From the NCBI RefSeq assembly GCF_009834535.1, contig NC_045696.1, positions 83,578,001-83,642,000 of the forward strand: a stretch of DNA of 64,000 nucleotides. Direction: 5' to 3'. The translations under genes were made by a program, and so were the position numbers. This DNA comes from Camelus ferus. Lineage: Eukaryota. The notes below the pieces were generated by a model. The model was not told the DNA's origin, ran no database searches, and saw only the letters and a program-made list of their open reading frames with translations. Of the stretch, positions 9,491 to 22,200 are shown one piece after another. Numbering within the stretch: the stretch's first letter is position 1; each line of letters opens with the position of its first letter.

Positions 9491-12400
9491 CAAACCTCTG
9501 GAGTCTTTTTCGTGAAAATAAAAATCTATGGTGCATTGTGCCCTCTAATAAGGACAGCCCGGCTCCGAAGCCATAATCTGCAGTTTAGCCCTGCAGGGAA
9601 TGGAATAATCTGCAGCGGGGCAACTTTTTTCTTTGATTCCCAAACTTACGGAAAGTGGCTCTCCAATGACTCACTCATAGTTACACATTTAAAGTGGTAC
9701 CACCTGATTTCCTCAGTCCTAGAAGCCCTAAAGTGATCTTCCCCAAATGGTCTTTTGGTCTCCCCTCTGCACTTCACAGTTGAATTAACCGTCTGGCTCT
9801 TAGAGTCAGTCTTCTGAGCCTTTGTTCTCCTTTCTTTTCTTTCTGCCTTTTCTGCAGCTAAAGAAGCAATTGGGCATTTACCCGAGAGACTGAGGGGCAA
9901 ACTTCTGGGGTTTCTATGAAAAGAAAGAAAAAGTTGAGGGTGTGATAGAACCATACCACTCCTGAATTATTTCACATTCTGTGACTTTGCCCTCCTTGAT
10001 TTGTGGAGTTGGAATTCATACCACCCTGCAGCGTCTTTTGTTTCTCCTGGACATACTTTTATTTTTCACTTTTTTAATTGAAGTTTAACTTAAAGTGAAA
10101 ATGATAAATATACAACTAGATGCTATCTATCTTTCAACATACATCTTTAACAAACACAATTTTGAAGCCATTTGCACAGTAGAAATCGTTATTTGAACCC
10201 CTTATTTTATAAAACAGGGATTCTTTCTTTTTTTTTTTTTCTTTTTTCTTTTTTCCCTAAATACTGGTTATACAGGGACCAGACTTTGTCTAGTCGCAGA
10301 GAGAGTGGACTTGGGGACAGTGCTGACATCTGTCACAGAAATGCATTGTCACTCGGCTAACTCTTAATTAGTTCTGATAATGGCATGCCCAGCATGAGTC
10401 CTTGAAACACATTGATAATTTTAACATCTATTTTTAACTCTTAACTTCTCCTGAACCTCTTTGTCACCTTTGTTACCAAGTAACAAAGTTGAATGCTTAA
10501 TTTCACCTCCTCTTCTTTTTCCTCTCCCTTTTCTAGTGAGGTGCTAAATGAACAGTGAAATGACCAAAGGGCAGGTGGGGTAGAAAGTTAGAAAAAGAAA
10601 CTTTGTTCACAGTAATGGTGACTCCTGAACTGAGTGTAGTGACTTCATAAGATGGGGCTGTTTTCCTCCCTTCTGGATAAGTAAGGAGAGGTGAAAAGAT
10701 TAATCCTTTCCTTTAATTCAATTTCTAGTTGGTCTTTTGGATGAAACCTAAAGACTCCAGGTTATTTCAATCCAGTTTGATTTTAATTGTTTTAATGAAA
10801 ATGTATAGCATACCTGAAGATGACAATATAGATGAGCTGTACGTGGAAATTCCTGTGATTTGCTAAACCTTTCTTTGCTTCTTGACTAGTTTTAACTCTG
10901 CAGGGCTCTATCTTCAACTAATCTCATTCCCTCCTGGAGTGTAAAAAGTTCCTAATCATTTTCTTTCTTTATATTACAGAAAGCCTTGCATAAATAATAG
11001 ACCTTCTTTATTATGAGGCTAAATTTTATGTAAGCCACAGCTGAAACTAAGAGCTATTTTAAGAGCTAAAAAATAATGGGGGAAATACAGGAATCTATAC
11101 AAATTACCTGACTGCATGGTTGTTTAGTAAAGGGCATGTTTAGTTTGGGTGCAAGGCAAGTGAATCAGTAAACTGAAAATCCCAAGTCAGAAAAATTTCC
11201 TTTTATGTACGTTAGTTTAAAGCATGTTTATTATAGATGAACTTTTAAAGCACTTTGGATGAGACAGGCTAAATATGTGTATTAAATATATTTGTGTATA
11301 TGTCATAAAGTAAGGTTGATTTCAAATTATTCTAGCATGGATGATATTAGAAACACAATGCCATGTAAGCAATTATTAGTAAATGAAACATACTCTTCTA
11401 GTATAAGGATTTAAAATTTTCCATGAACTAGAAGACCCTAATTTGAACTCACTTCTCCTTTTGCAATCTATTCACACAATTTAAATAATTTGTGATTTGG
11501 TTTGATTGGTTGACTATGCTATTCTCTAAAAAAAGGGGTGCATTATGAAACCTGTTAGTTACAGCCTTACATATTAAAAGAACAATGCATTTTGGTGGTT
11601 TGGGGATGCTGTGAACACAAAAAATGAAGCCAGATACAGACAAAACAATTCAATCAGTATTTATTGCCCGAAGTGAAAGACATTTTAAAATGACAAAGCA
11701 AGAGAATGAGCCACATACACAAAGAACCAATTTTTAAAATTAAGAGAGAAAAGTTTTGTATTGATGGCATCCCTTGCTCGGACGTAAATTTCATGTGGGG
11801 ATGGGGAGAGAAATATCGTGAATTGGGTTTCATTTCTGTGAATGATCTCTTACACTGACAACCTGGACAGGTTTTTAAAAATAAATTTGATATAGCAGAC
11901 AAATGTTCTCTCTGAGAGGCATCCAAAGGATTGGGGTTGGGGGGGACCTCCAGTGGGAATGCCACATGCTACCCCACTCTCTCCAGACCTGTATCAAAGG
12001 AGTAATAAATCTAACCAGCTTCTCCCTTGTTAGGAGGAGGCGGGGTAAGCCAATTTCATGCTTTATGATGCTGGTTGTAAAAAGGAATGCTTACCTAAAA
12101 AGAAATAGATTCCGACCAGATGTTCTCAAAATCTTCCTCAGCTGCTGCTTGAAGCTTTACAGCCACCACCTACTTTATCTTCTCGTCTATCTTCTTCTAA
12201 TTGAGAAATTGTTGATCCATGCAGTTCGACAGGCAGACTGCTGCAAAAACCTTCCTGCCAAAGCTTTTCAGCCCTGCTCTCCTGCACACAAAAACTTCCA
12301 GTGTCAGCATGGGGACAGGAAAAGAGAGCAGGCCACTTCATTTGGCAGGTGTTGTGGGTTGAAAGAGGAGGAGGTCAGAAAGCAATTCTTCAAAGGACAG

Positions 12401-12869
12401 ATTCTGTCACCTGAAAGTGTAATAAATTGCCATTATAGAAATGCCTCCAAGTACTAATGAGCCATGTACATTGAAATCTTGATGTCAGGCAAAACAGAAT
12501 GAAGTTCACCCAGGAACCAACTGGGATTGTCACACCAAGATGTGAAAAATCATTCTCACTTTAGTTTCATCTGCCACTAAATTTTGTCCCTACAAACCAA
12601 AGCTCTCTTTTTAAGGACAATGATAAATTTAGCATAAACCCCTAAAATATTTGTCTAGTAATTAATATATAATTTCTCAGTACCATGCTACTCATGGGCC
12701 ATAAAGACTTGACCAATCAGATGTGAATTATAATAGAATTACCAACTCCAGAATTACATATATTAGAACACAATTAGAAGATTTGCTCATTTACACATTT
12801 GACTTGTACTTTTTTAGAAACTATACTTTGCACAGCTAATTCTCTGTGTGTGTGTGTGCATGTGTGTGT

Positions 12870-14360
12870 TAAAAACATGCAACATTAAATTTACTGTCTT
12901 AACCATTTTTACATATAAAGTGCAGTAGTGTTAAGTATATTCACGTTGTTGTATAACAGATCTCTAGAATTTTTTCATCTTTCAAAGCTGAAACTCTATT
13001 CCCATTAAACACTAATTTCCCCTTCCCTTCTCTTCTGAGCCATTGGCAAACAATTTTCTACTCTGTTTCTATGATTTTGACTCCCTTAGACTTTTGAGTC
13101 AAATCATACAGTATTTGTTCTTTTGTGACTGGCTTGTTTCATTTAGCATGATGTCCTCAGGGTTCATCCATGTTGTAACACATGACAGATTTCCTTCTTT
13201 TTAAAGACTGCATAATATTCCACTGTTAAGTACATACCATATTTTGTTTATCCATTTTTCTGTTGTTGGACATCTGGGTTGCTTCCACCTCTTGGCTATT
13301 GTGAATAATGTTGCAATGAATGTGAGTGTGCAACTTTCTCTATGAGATCCTGCTTTAAATTCTTTTGGATATATACTCGGAAGTGGGGTTGCTGGATCAT
13401 ATGTTAAGTCTATTTTTTATTTTGGGGGGAAACCTCTATTCTGTTATCCATAACAGCTGCAGTTTTTTATACTTCCACCAACAGTGCACAAGGGTTCCAA
13501 TTTCTCTTATCTTCACCAACACTTTGTTATTTTCTATTCTTTTGATAGTCATCATCCTAATGGGTGTGAGATGATATCTCATTGTAGTTTTAATTGTATT
13601 TCTCTTACAATTAGTAATGTTGGGCATCTTTTCATGTATTTTTTTTTTTTGCCATTTGTATATCTTCTTTAAAGAACTATACTTTGTCCATTTTTTGACC
13701 AAATAATTTGTTTTTTGTTTGTTGTTGCTGAATTGTAGACGCTCATTATATATTCTAGATATTAACCCCTTAGCAGATATATGACTTGCAAAGATTTCCT
13801 CCCATTCCATAGGTTGCATTTAATTCTGTTGATTGTTTCCTCTGATACACAGAAGTTCTTAAAATTAATGTAGACTTCTTTGTCTATTTTTATTTTTGCT
13901 GCCTGTGCTTTTGGTGTCATACCCAATAAATAATTGCCAAATCTAGTATCTTAAAGATTTTCGCCTTCATTTTCTTCTAGGACTTTTATAGTTTTAGGTC
14001 TTATGTTTAGCTCTTTAATCCATTTTGAGATGAATTTTTGTATATGGTGTAAGATAAGGATCTAACTTCAATCTTTTGCATGTGGATGTTCAGTTTTCCC
14101 AGCAGCATTTGTTGAAAAGACTGCCTCTTTTTGTAGTTGTGGCATCCCTGTCAAAATTGTTTGCCCATATATGTAAGGGTTTATATCTGGGTTCTCTATT
14201 CTATTCTATTCTATTCTATTGGTGTATATATCTTTTTGCCAGTACCATACCATCTTAATTACTGTTGCTTTGTAGTATGTTTGGAAATCAGGAAATGTGA
14301 GATCTCCAACTTTGTTCTTTTTCAAGACTCCTTTGGCTATGTGGGGTGCCTTAGAGCTCA
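12870..14360 (-). mobile_element. LINE-1 3' part (ORF2 C-terminus + 3'UTR), L1MB/L1MA-type
   Basis: ORF 13436..13819 translates to L1 ORF2 C-terminal motifs (WEEIFASHISAKGLISRIY...TTMRYHLTP...GTLVHCWW). Typical L1 3'UTR at ~12.9-13.3 kb. Confidence 0.92.
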
Positions 14361-15154
14361 TTCTTATATATGAAGAGTTCTCTTACTATTATTTGCATAA
14401 GGCTCACATTTCCTCACATTTTTTTTCTGTCAAAGAGTAAAAAGTGAACACCAAAATCGCTTTCCCTGAAACTTCTATTCTGAATTCCTGTTTTTCATGT
14501 CTAAATGCCTTGGGTAACTGATCAAATCCTAACAGCCACGACCAATGCATCTACAGCTGACCGTGCTAAGAATGTGGATAGAGCTGATCCTAAAGAAGCA
14601 CAGATGGAGCAACACAGCTTCATGGTCGACTCAGCTGTTTAGGCCAAGGCTGCAGAAAGCTACCCATACTGTGCCATTAGCTTTCCTTCTCTAAACTAAG
14701 CTTTCATATCCAGGAAAGATCAAAATCAGTCCCTGATAGTATAGAATTTTCCACTCCTTTCTAACTCAATACAGATAGATCAGAGGAGGACTTCACAAGA
14801 GTGAGTAAGTGAGCAAACTAGTGGCTAATGAACCTCGGTGTAAATAAGTAAAAATACCCACCTAAGGAAAAGGTATCGAACCTAATGTGGGTCTGGACGT
14901 ATCCATTTCAGCCCCACATGAGACAACAGGCAGCAACGTCAGACATTTTCTAGAGGGACAGGCCCAAGTTGTAGCTGGGGCCCCAAGTCACCAGCCCAAA
15001 GCTAATGTATTGGAAAGTTCATTATCCTACATTTTCTTACAAACATAGTACACATTGGCACCAGGAATATTTTCCATAGTTGTGACTGTTTTATGTAGCA
15101 TATGAGACAGGCAACTTCATCTATGGAGCTGTGGTACCCAAAGTGCAATCACCA

Positions 15155-16070
15155 CAGTATCCAGAAAGGGAAAAGACAATGCATAGAGTGGAATAAAATA
15201 TTTGTAAATCATATATCTGATAAGGGACTAGTATCTAGCTTATATAAATAATGCTTACCACTCAACAATAAAAAATGGGAGAATAATTTGAACAGACATT
15301 TCTCCAAGATATATAAATAGCCAATAAGCCCATTGAAAAGATGCTCAACATCATTAGCACCTAGGGAAATGCAATTCAAAACCACAATGAAATACAACTT
15401 CACACATGCTAGGATGGTTATAATCAAAGAGGCAGTAAGTGTTGGCAATGATGTGAAGAAATTAAAACTCTCATATGTTGCTGATGGGAATGTAAAGTGG
15501 TAAAGCCACTTTGGAAATATTTTGGTGGTTTCTCCAAACGCTAAACATAGAGCTACCATGTGATCCAGCAGTCTACTGTAAGAGAATGAAAAACATATGT
15601 CCCCACAAAAACTTGTGCAAGAATATTTGTAACGGTGTTATTTATAAAAGCCCAAAAGTGAAAAGAACCTAAATGTCCATTGGTTGATGAACAGATAAAC
15701 AAAATGTGGTATGTCCATACAGTATAATATATTGTATTCAGTCATAAAAAGAAAGAAGTATGCTACAATATGGATGCCAGACACAAAAGCCACATATTTA
15801 TTTATGATTCCATTTATAAGTACAGAACAGACAAATACATAGAAATATAACATAGAAAGTAAATTAGTAGTTACCAGGCCCTGGGAGAGAGTGGGAAATG
15901 GGGAGTGACTGTTAATGGGTACAGGATTTGTTTGGGGAGTAATTAAAACATTCTGGAATTAAGTAGTCATAATGGTTGTACTACTGTGAAAATGCTAAAA
16001 AGCGCTGAGTTGTACACATTAGAAAGGTAAATTTTAAAACATGTGAATTATATCCTAAGTTTTTTTTTTT
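15155..16070 (+). mobile_element. LINE-1 3' part (L1MB-type) nested in a hAT-Charlie-like element
   Basis: catatatctgataagggactagtatc...gaaaagatgctcaacatcattag...aaatgtccattggttgatgaacagataaacaaaatgtggt, with an L1 3'UTR end at ~16.05 kb. Confidence 0.88.
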
Positions 16071-16071
16071 A

Positions 16072-16325
16072 AGTGCTGTTTGCTGACCAGTGCCAAACTA
16101 CAACGTTGTTTCCTACTGGTCCCTGACAAGATGAGAAGCTTATGCCAGAATGAAAGCTGACTACATCACTAGGCAAGCCGTTTAGTTCAGTTGACATTTT
16201 TTTAATGACAAGAGTTTCCCAATGAAGTAAGCGGTCCATCGATTTCCTTCTGAGGTAAGCTCCTTATCATCCTCAGGACCAGGTAATGAAGAGTTCACAG
16301 ATCAGCCACTTTAAGTAAAGCTGCT
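16072..16325. mobile_element. hAT-Charlie-like non-autonomous DNA transposon, 3' part (probable 5' terminus at ~15128-15150)
   Basis: Terminus-like ctgtggtacccaaagtg at ~15129 and cactttaagtaaagctg at ~16307-16323 resemble Charlie/MER119-group TIRs. Confidence 0.45.
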
Positions 16326-16872
16326 GTAATCTGCATGCCTGACTTCAAGAGTTTGCCTGTCATCAGTTACATGACATACTGATGAATGAATTAAGACATT
16401 CACCATTTCTGAGAGAAACCATTCTGCACTTATGTCCTACGTATTATTGCCCATGGTAACATAACTTCAGTTCATCACGCCTCTATATGTGAGGCAATGA
16501 GTCCCGTAATAGAAATGAGAAGGAGGAACAGGGGGAAGAGTAAGAGAAGAAGGCTGGGAAGTGGGAGAAAAGGGAAGATGGAGGAAGAGGTAGAAGAATC
16601 TAAGTAAATAATAAGATAGACGCTACATGCATGGAGTTTATTCTCTTCCACGAAAGTCAGACATGTGACTTGTCCAATGTGATTAGTATAACAAGTAGAA
16701 TAAAATATAGAGGAGAAAGGGGTTAGTTTGGAGCAGGATATGCTTTCTATGTGGTCCAGAGGATGTATATGGGGTACTTATAAAGGATGAGTAGGCATTC
16801 AGCAGGCACATACCTCTGGATATGAAAGCCCAGAACCAGTGGTAATTAAACTAAAAATCCATACATGTAAAT

Positions 16873-17055
16873 CGGTGTTTGTCAAAGCGTGGTTCTCAAG
16901 CCAGCAGCATCAGCATAGGTCGGAACCTTGTTGGAAATAATTCTCAGGCCCCTCCCCCAACTACTGAATCAGCCAGTCTGGAGATGGGGCACAGCAATTT
17001 GTTTTAACGAGCCCTTCAAATGATTCTGAATCACACAAAAGTTTGAAAACCCCTG
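16873..17055 (+). mobile_element. MER5A DNA transposon (hAT-Charlie MITE)
   Basis: ccagcagcatcagcat...aattctcaggccc...tactgaatcag...tgattctga...aaagtttgaaaacccctg. Confidence 0.85.
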
Positions 17056-17649
17056 TCTTAGATAAATATAGCAACTAGTTTAAAAAATAGATGCTGTGTT
17101 GCGGGAAAAAAGCATAGTGTTTCAGTTTAATATAGTAAATTGATCACACTATTTTGTGTCTTCTCCCTCCCTAGACTTTACTAAATGAAGAGTAAAGAAA
17201 TGTTTTAAGATATTATCAACCGATAGGAATGAGAGCAGAGACAACCGATCGACTACTTCAAGAAGTGTTTGGAAGACAGAAGCCTGAAGCAGGATTACGA
17301 ACTGCTTTGGTAGACGGAAGTCACAAAAGTTACAAGGCAGGTGCCTGTAAAAGGCAATGCCTAGGAGAGGAGAATGAGCTAGTTCCCCAGAGAGAATGCC
17401 TGGGAGATTCTGTGCTTAAAGAAACCTGGAAGGAGTGGGTGATGTTTGAGCCTAAAATGTGGGATCTGGTTGTAAGATAAGTAGGATTCTTGACTTCCTG
17501 ATGTTCCCTTCTCCTTATACCCCTCAAGAGCCAGGTGACATATTCTCTGGAAAAACGGACCTCAGGGGTCTATCCTTGACTCAGTGAAAAACGAGGGTTA
17601 GCAGAGGGTTAAACACAGGAGCATTAGGTGAAAGTCCACAGGATGAACA

Positions 17650-19220
17650 GAAGGCCCTTCATGGCCCTTCTCACTTGTGGTCCCCAGAAAACCCATTTCC
17701 AGGTGTATATCTTACACCATGCAGGAGTTTGGACGATTGTTTTCTGGAGACCCCAACAAAAAGGTCAGTGATTGATAACTCTCCATTAAAGTCTACCACA
17801 TGGCTACTCCCACCCCCAAAACGGAGCTTCTTTGCAACAATATTTGTAGTGCTTCCTCTTAAATATAATCAGCCAAGGATCACCAGATATAAAGAAAGCT
17901 TCCAGTATGTGAAGACCACACGAAAAAACAGATAAAAGGAACCTGAAAGAAAAGGGGGGAGAAAAACCCTCCTTCCCTCCCAGAATAGAATTATTATCTT
18001 CAGAAAGAGGATATATTACACTCACATACACAAAAAATGTTTGCTATGGAAAAGGAGCACTTTGAGAAAAAGCTTTTTGAAATTAAAAATAGGATAATTA
18101 CAGTGAAAGAAAAAATCTATAGAAAGGTTAAGAATAAATCAGGGAAATCTCCCAGACGGTAAAAGAAGGAGAGGGAGAGAGAGAAACTAGGAAAGAAAAA
18201 GAAATAAAATTAGTGGATTAATGCAGGAGAAGCAGAAAGAGAGGAAAAGAGAAAACAAAGGTAAGGAAATTATCAAACAAATAAGTTAAAAACCAAAAGA
18301 CATGAATCTCCAGACGGACTGAGTGCACAGAGTTCGTGGGATGATGACTCATGCTGGTGCACATCATCATGACATTTTGGAACAGCATAGACAGAGAGAA
18401 AATTCTAAAAGGGGCAGAGATAGTACACATGCAAAGGACATCATTCCAAATAGCACTGGGCTTCTGAAAACAAACACAGTGATATAAAATAAGGGAACTA
18501 TAACCTCAAAGTTTTGAGGGAAATGGCTTTCAATCTAGAATTCCAGACTCAGCTGAACTATCACTCAAGTTTAAGAGAAGAGCATTTCAGACATATAGAA
18601 GCTCAAAAAAACTGAGCACTCAAATACCCTTTCACAGGAAGCTAGTGGAGGAAATGTCCCAGCAAAAATGAGAAAGTGAGCTAAGAAAGGAAAATACGGA
18701 AACCAGAAAACATGGGAAATACTATTTCCAGGAAGGTGACGAAGGGAACTTTTATAACTCAAACTGTGAGCCAGAATTAAAAAGCATCTTACCAACTGCG
18801 AATAAGTAAAGAGTATGGAAAAATCTCTAGAAGATCAAAAGGGAGGAGGGTCTTTTAATGTGTTTGGGAGTCATAGACATTATTTCTAGGCAGCAGAGCA
18901 CTTGAGGAGAAAATTACTGATGAATGAGAAAAAAACACAGCAAGATTATTAACTGTATAAAAAACAAAGTTTACTGAGAAAGTAAATATCCTAAGACTTT
19001 ATTTGGTGTAGTTGTAAACAATATGCCATATATAAAATAAAGCAAATATCGATGCAGATCTGTGATACAGCTACTAAAAACATAATGGAAAGGAAGGTTT
19101 GGGAAGTGGGGTATGATGGATCCAAAACAGGAAGGAAGTCAATAAATACAGCCTAATGTGAAGAATTAAGAAATAACAGAATAGGCTACTCTATTAGGTG
19201 TATGTATGGAAAAATGAAAG
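17650..19220 (+). mobile_element. Old L1 5'/ORF1-like region (L1M/HAL1 type), degraded
   Basis: A-rich plus strand with aatcagccaaggatcaccagat and tttcaatctagaattcca.actcagctgaactatca, typical of old L1 ORF1. Confidence 0.6.
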
Positions 19221-22200
19221 AATGCTGTAGGATAGAAAGAGAAAGGGGAGGCGGGCTATCGTGTAGAGTGATCAGGCCTGAAGATACCTGAATTCTGAGA
19301 AGGAGGCAGTCATACCAAATCCGAGAGACCAATATCCAGACAGAAGTAATGCAAGCAATAAGATTTTGAGCCAAGAATAAACTCAGGGTGTTCTAGAAAG
19401 GCAAGAAGACTGGTCCACAATATGGGAAACAACAGAAGCAGCATATCCAAATGAGAGGAAAAGCATTTGTGCTTCATGATTGTGCAGGATCTAAGAAGAT
19501 TTCATGATTGAAGGAAAAACAAAGCAATGCCACACCCGTTTATTTTATTTGATGGATTTCTCCTGCCCTGCATTATTTTATTCCACCTTCTTTACCACTT
19601 TGGTACCATTAACCATCAACACCACCGGGTTCTGTAATGTCATAAACACTCAGAGGGAAGTTCCTTTGACTTATGTATCTGAATCATCTGCACGTCTGGG
19701 AATTAGTCTATTACCACATAAATCATGCCCCCTCTGTTTCCATCTACTCCGCTCCATTTTGCATTCCTCCATGTAATCTTCCTCATCCCAATTTCCTACT
19801 TGCATTTTAAATAGTAGTAACCTACAAGAATTCACATTTTCTGGAAATACAAGATTCTTGTGTAGAGAGTATAATTAGGCTGGCTGGGCAATGTTCTATT
19901 ATTAGTAAGAATTGTGATTTTTAGAGTTGTGGGTTAATTGCTAATAACTGTATGCAGTGTTTTCCCTCAAGATGTTTTCTATTACAGTAATTAACTGAGC
20001 AGCTGGGAGAGCAGACATTAACCATTTGTCTTCACAGTAGCCCTCACTGGGGACTCTCCCCAAACCTATGCACACGGCTTTATTTGCTGTTTGATGGGTA
20101 ACATAAGAGGAAAGCAAAAAGATACAGGGTCTTCATACTTCGGAGTGGATATCCAATTTGAAACCATTTTTTCCTGTTGAAGGGAATCTTTCTCACATGT
20201 GACAAACAGATTATGAAAAATATAGAATGCCTTTTAGATACATGGACTTATTGGACGAGTTTTTATGTGCATTTTTCTCTCAGTATCCTCACATAATGAA
20301 ATTTTGTCACAGTGATTGTGTCAGAAGCCTCAGCTACCCTGAAGACATCACTGGTTTATCTGTTTACAAATTAGACTGGACCATTGAAAGCTGGCTGATA
20401 TGGAAGAAATCTGTTAAGAGCCACCTTGCCTGATATCCCTGTTCTTTTTCAAGACACCCGAATTCTCATTTGATTACTAACTCAGCTCTGGCCCTTGACT
20501 TTAATATCCTGAATCTCCCTCTGGGATTCTTGGTGCCTCCTTGTGTGAATTCCTGATACAGTCTGATGCACCCTGCTCTCAAGACTGTGTGCGAATCTTG
20601 ACTTGACCCCAGGTTCTCCTAACCAATTTTGCTGTTGCCTGAGCTCCATCTGTCAAATTCTTTTCTATAGCATGCCTTTTGCTAGTGCGAAGACATTCAT
20701 TTTTCCTTTCTTTCTTTTTTTACAAGAAACATTTTTATTTAACTTTTTGTTTTAAATGAAGTGTCCCAAACCACAAGCAGAGACTAAGTACAAAAGTAAA
20801 TAAATAGAGCTATACTTTTAGGAAATTGTTGGGTTTATAAGAATTTTTGGTCTTCCCTCTTGTTTAAGCAAATAATAAATTTACACTGGTCAGATTTCAT
20901 GGCTATTTGTACCTTGTTTTTCCAGAGGCAAGAATTTTCTTTCTTCTTAAAATGATTCCATTTCTTTAAATCCAGATAAGCTCTGGTTTTATACTGTCTT
21001 ATGTATTTGGTTGTAAGAGCCTCAAAAGAAAGCAAGCTATCTGATCTATATTAATTCTGCAGAAGCCATTCAAATAAGAGTATGCCAGCCTCCTGGCAAA
21101 CGAGGCAGACCACAGCTTTCCTTCTCCCTCCCAAAAGCTATGGGACCCTGACCTCTGTGCTGTGGTTGATGGTGGCTCAGAATGACTCGATGGGGCTGCC
21201 CCCTCGGTATCACTGCTCAAAAGAGAGGTTCACCTATTTAGGGACCTTGCTCCTGGGTCTGAACTCTGCAAGACTCAAAGGCCCACCTGCTAATTTGAAG
21301 AGTGCCCTGCACTGAGGGTTTGGACCCGAACACATCTGGAGTATGATGTGAGGGAAGTTTCCAAACAGACTTAAATTGGAAATCCCACAAGAGCCTGGGC
21401 CATTGGAAAGAACAATCCTGGGAACAGGTTGACAAGACAGTTAGAGTTGGGCAGAACCTGGAATCTAGTATAGATACATTCAAGAGGTTTCAACACAGAG
21501 GCAAGAGCTCAGATAGAGAAGTGCACACTGCGGCCCTCGGGGTCAGCAAGAGCTTTAGAAAAAGTAAAGCAATAACTTGGCTGTCCTCGTGGGAGTGAAG
21601 TTGCTCTGACCACTTGGCTGTGGACAAGGAAGCTCTCAGTCACCTGGCTTCTCCCTCTAGAAAACCTTGACCCCACGGGCTGGCCCTCTCTGTACAGAAT
21701 TCAGTCCTAAAATGATGCTATCTGCTTACTTTTTTTTATAAACAGTGCCTTGCAGTGAAATGCTTTAATGAATCCTTTTTGATTTACTGGTTGGTTGAAC
21801 CAATTTTGGAAAATCCCTGCAAAGCATGACTTAAAATACAAAATTGAATTTAGAAGATACCAGCTTGCATATTCCCAAGAAGACAAGCCTTTCTTACTTA
21901 ACTCCACCTCACAATTTTTCCTCATTGCAGACTCCTTCCGAATTCACTCCTAGCAATAACTAATGTTGGAAGGCCAAATAGAAAACAATCTGCAACATTT
22001 TCTGTCCACTTAAAATGAATTTCCTATGATAAAACCTGAGTTGGGTTTTTTCATATTAATATCCAAGTGTTTTAATTTTACTATCCACTTCCTCCATCCA
22101 GATTTATTTTGAGTGCCTTAAGATGAGAAATGTCTTATTTATATCCTTCAAGTACCAAACTGTATTGGGTGAGCTCACGTTGAATGATTTAAGTGTCTTA

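Noticed and set aside
11903..12457. 184-aa ORF
   Set aside because: No similarity to any protein family I recognise; probably a chance ORF.
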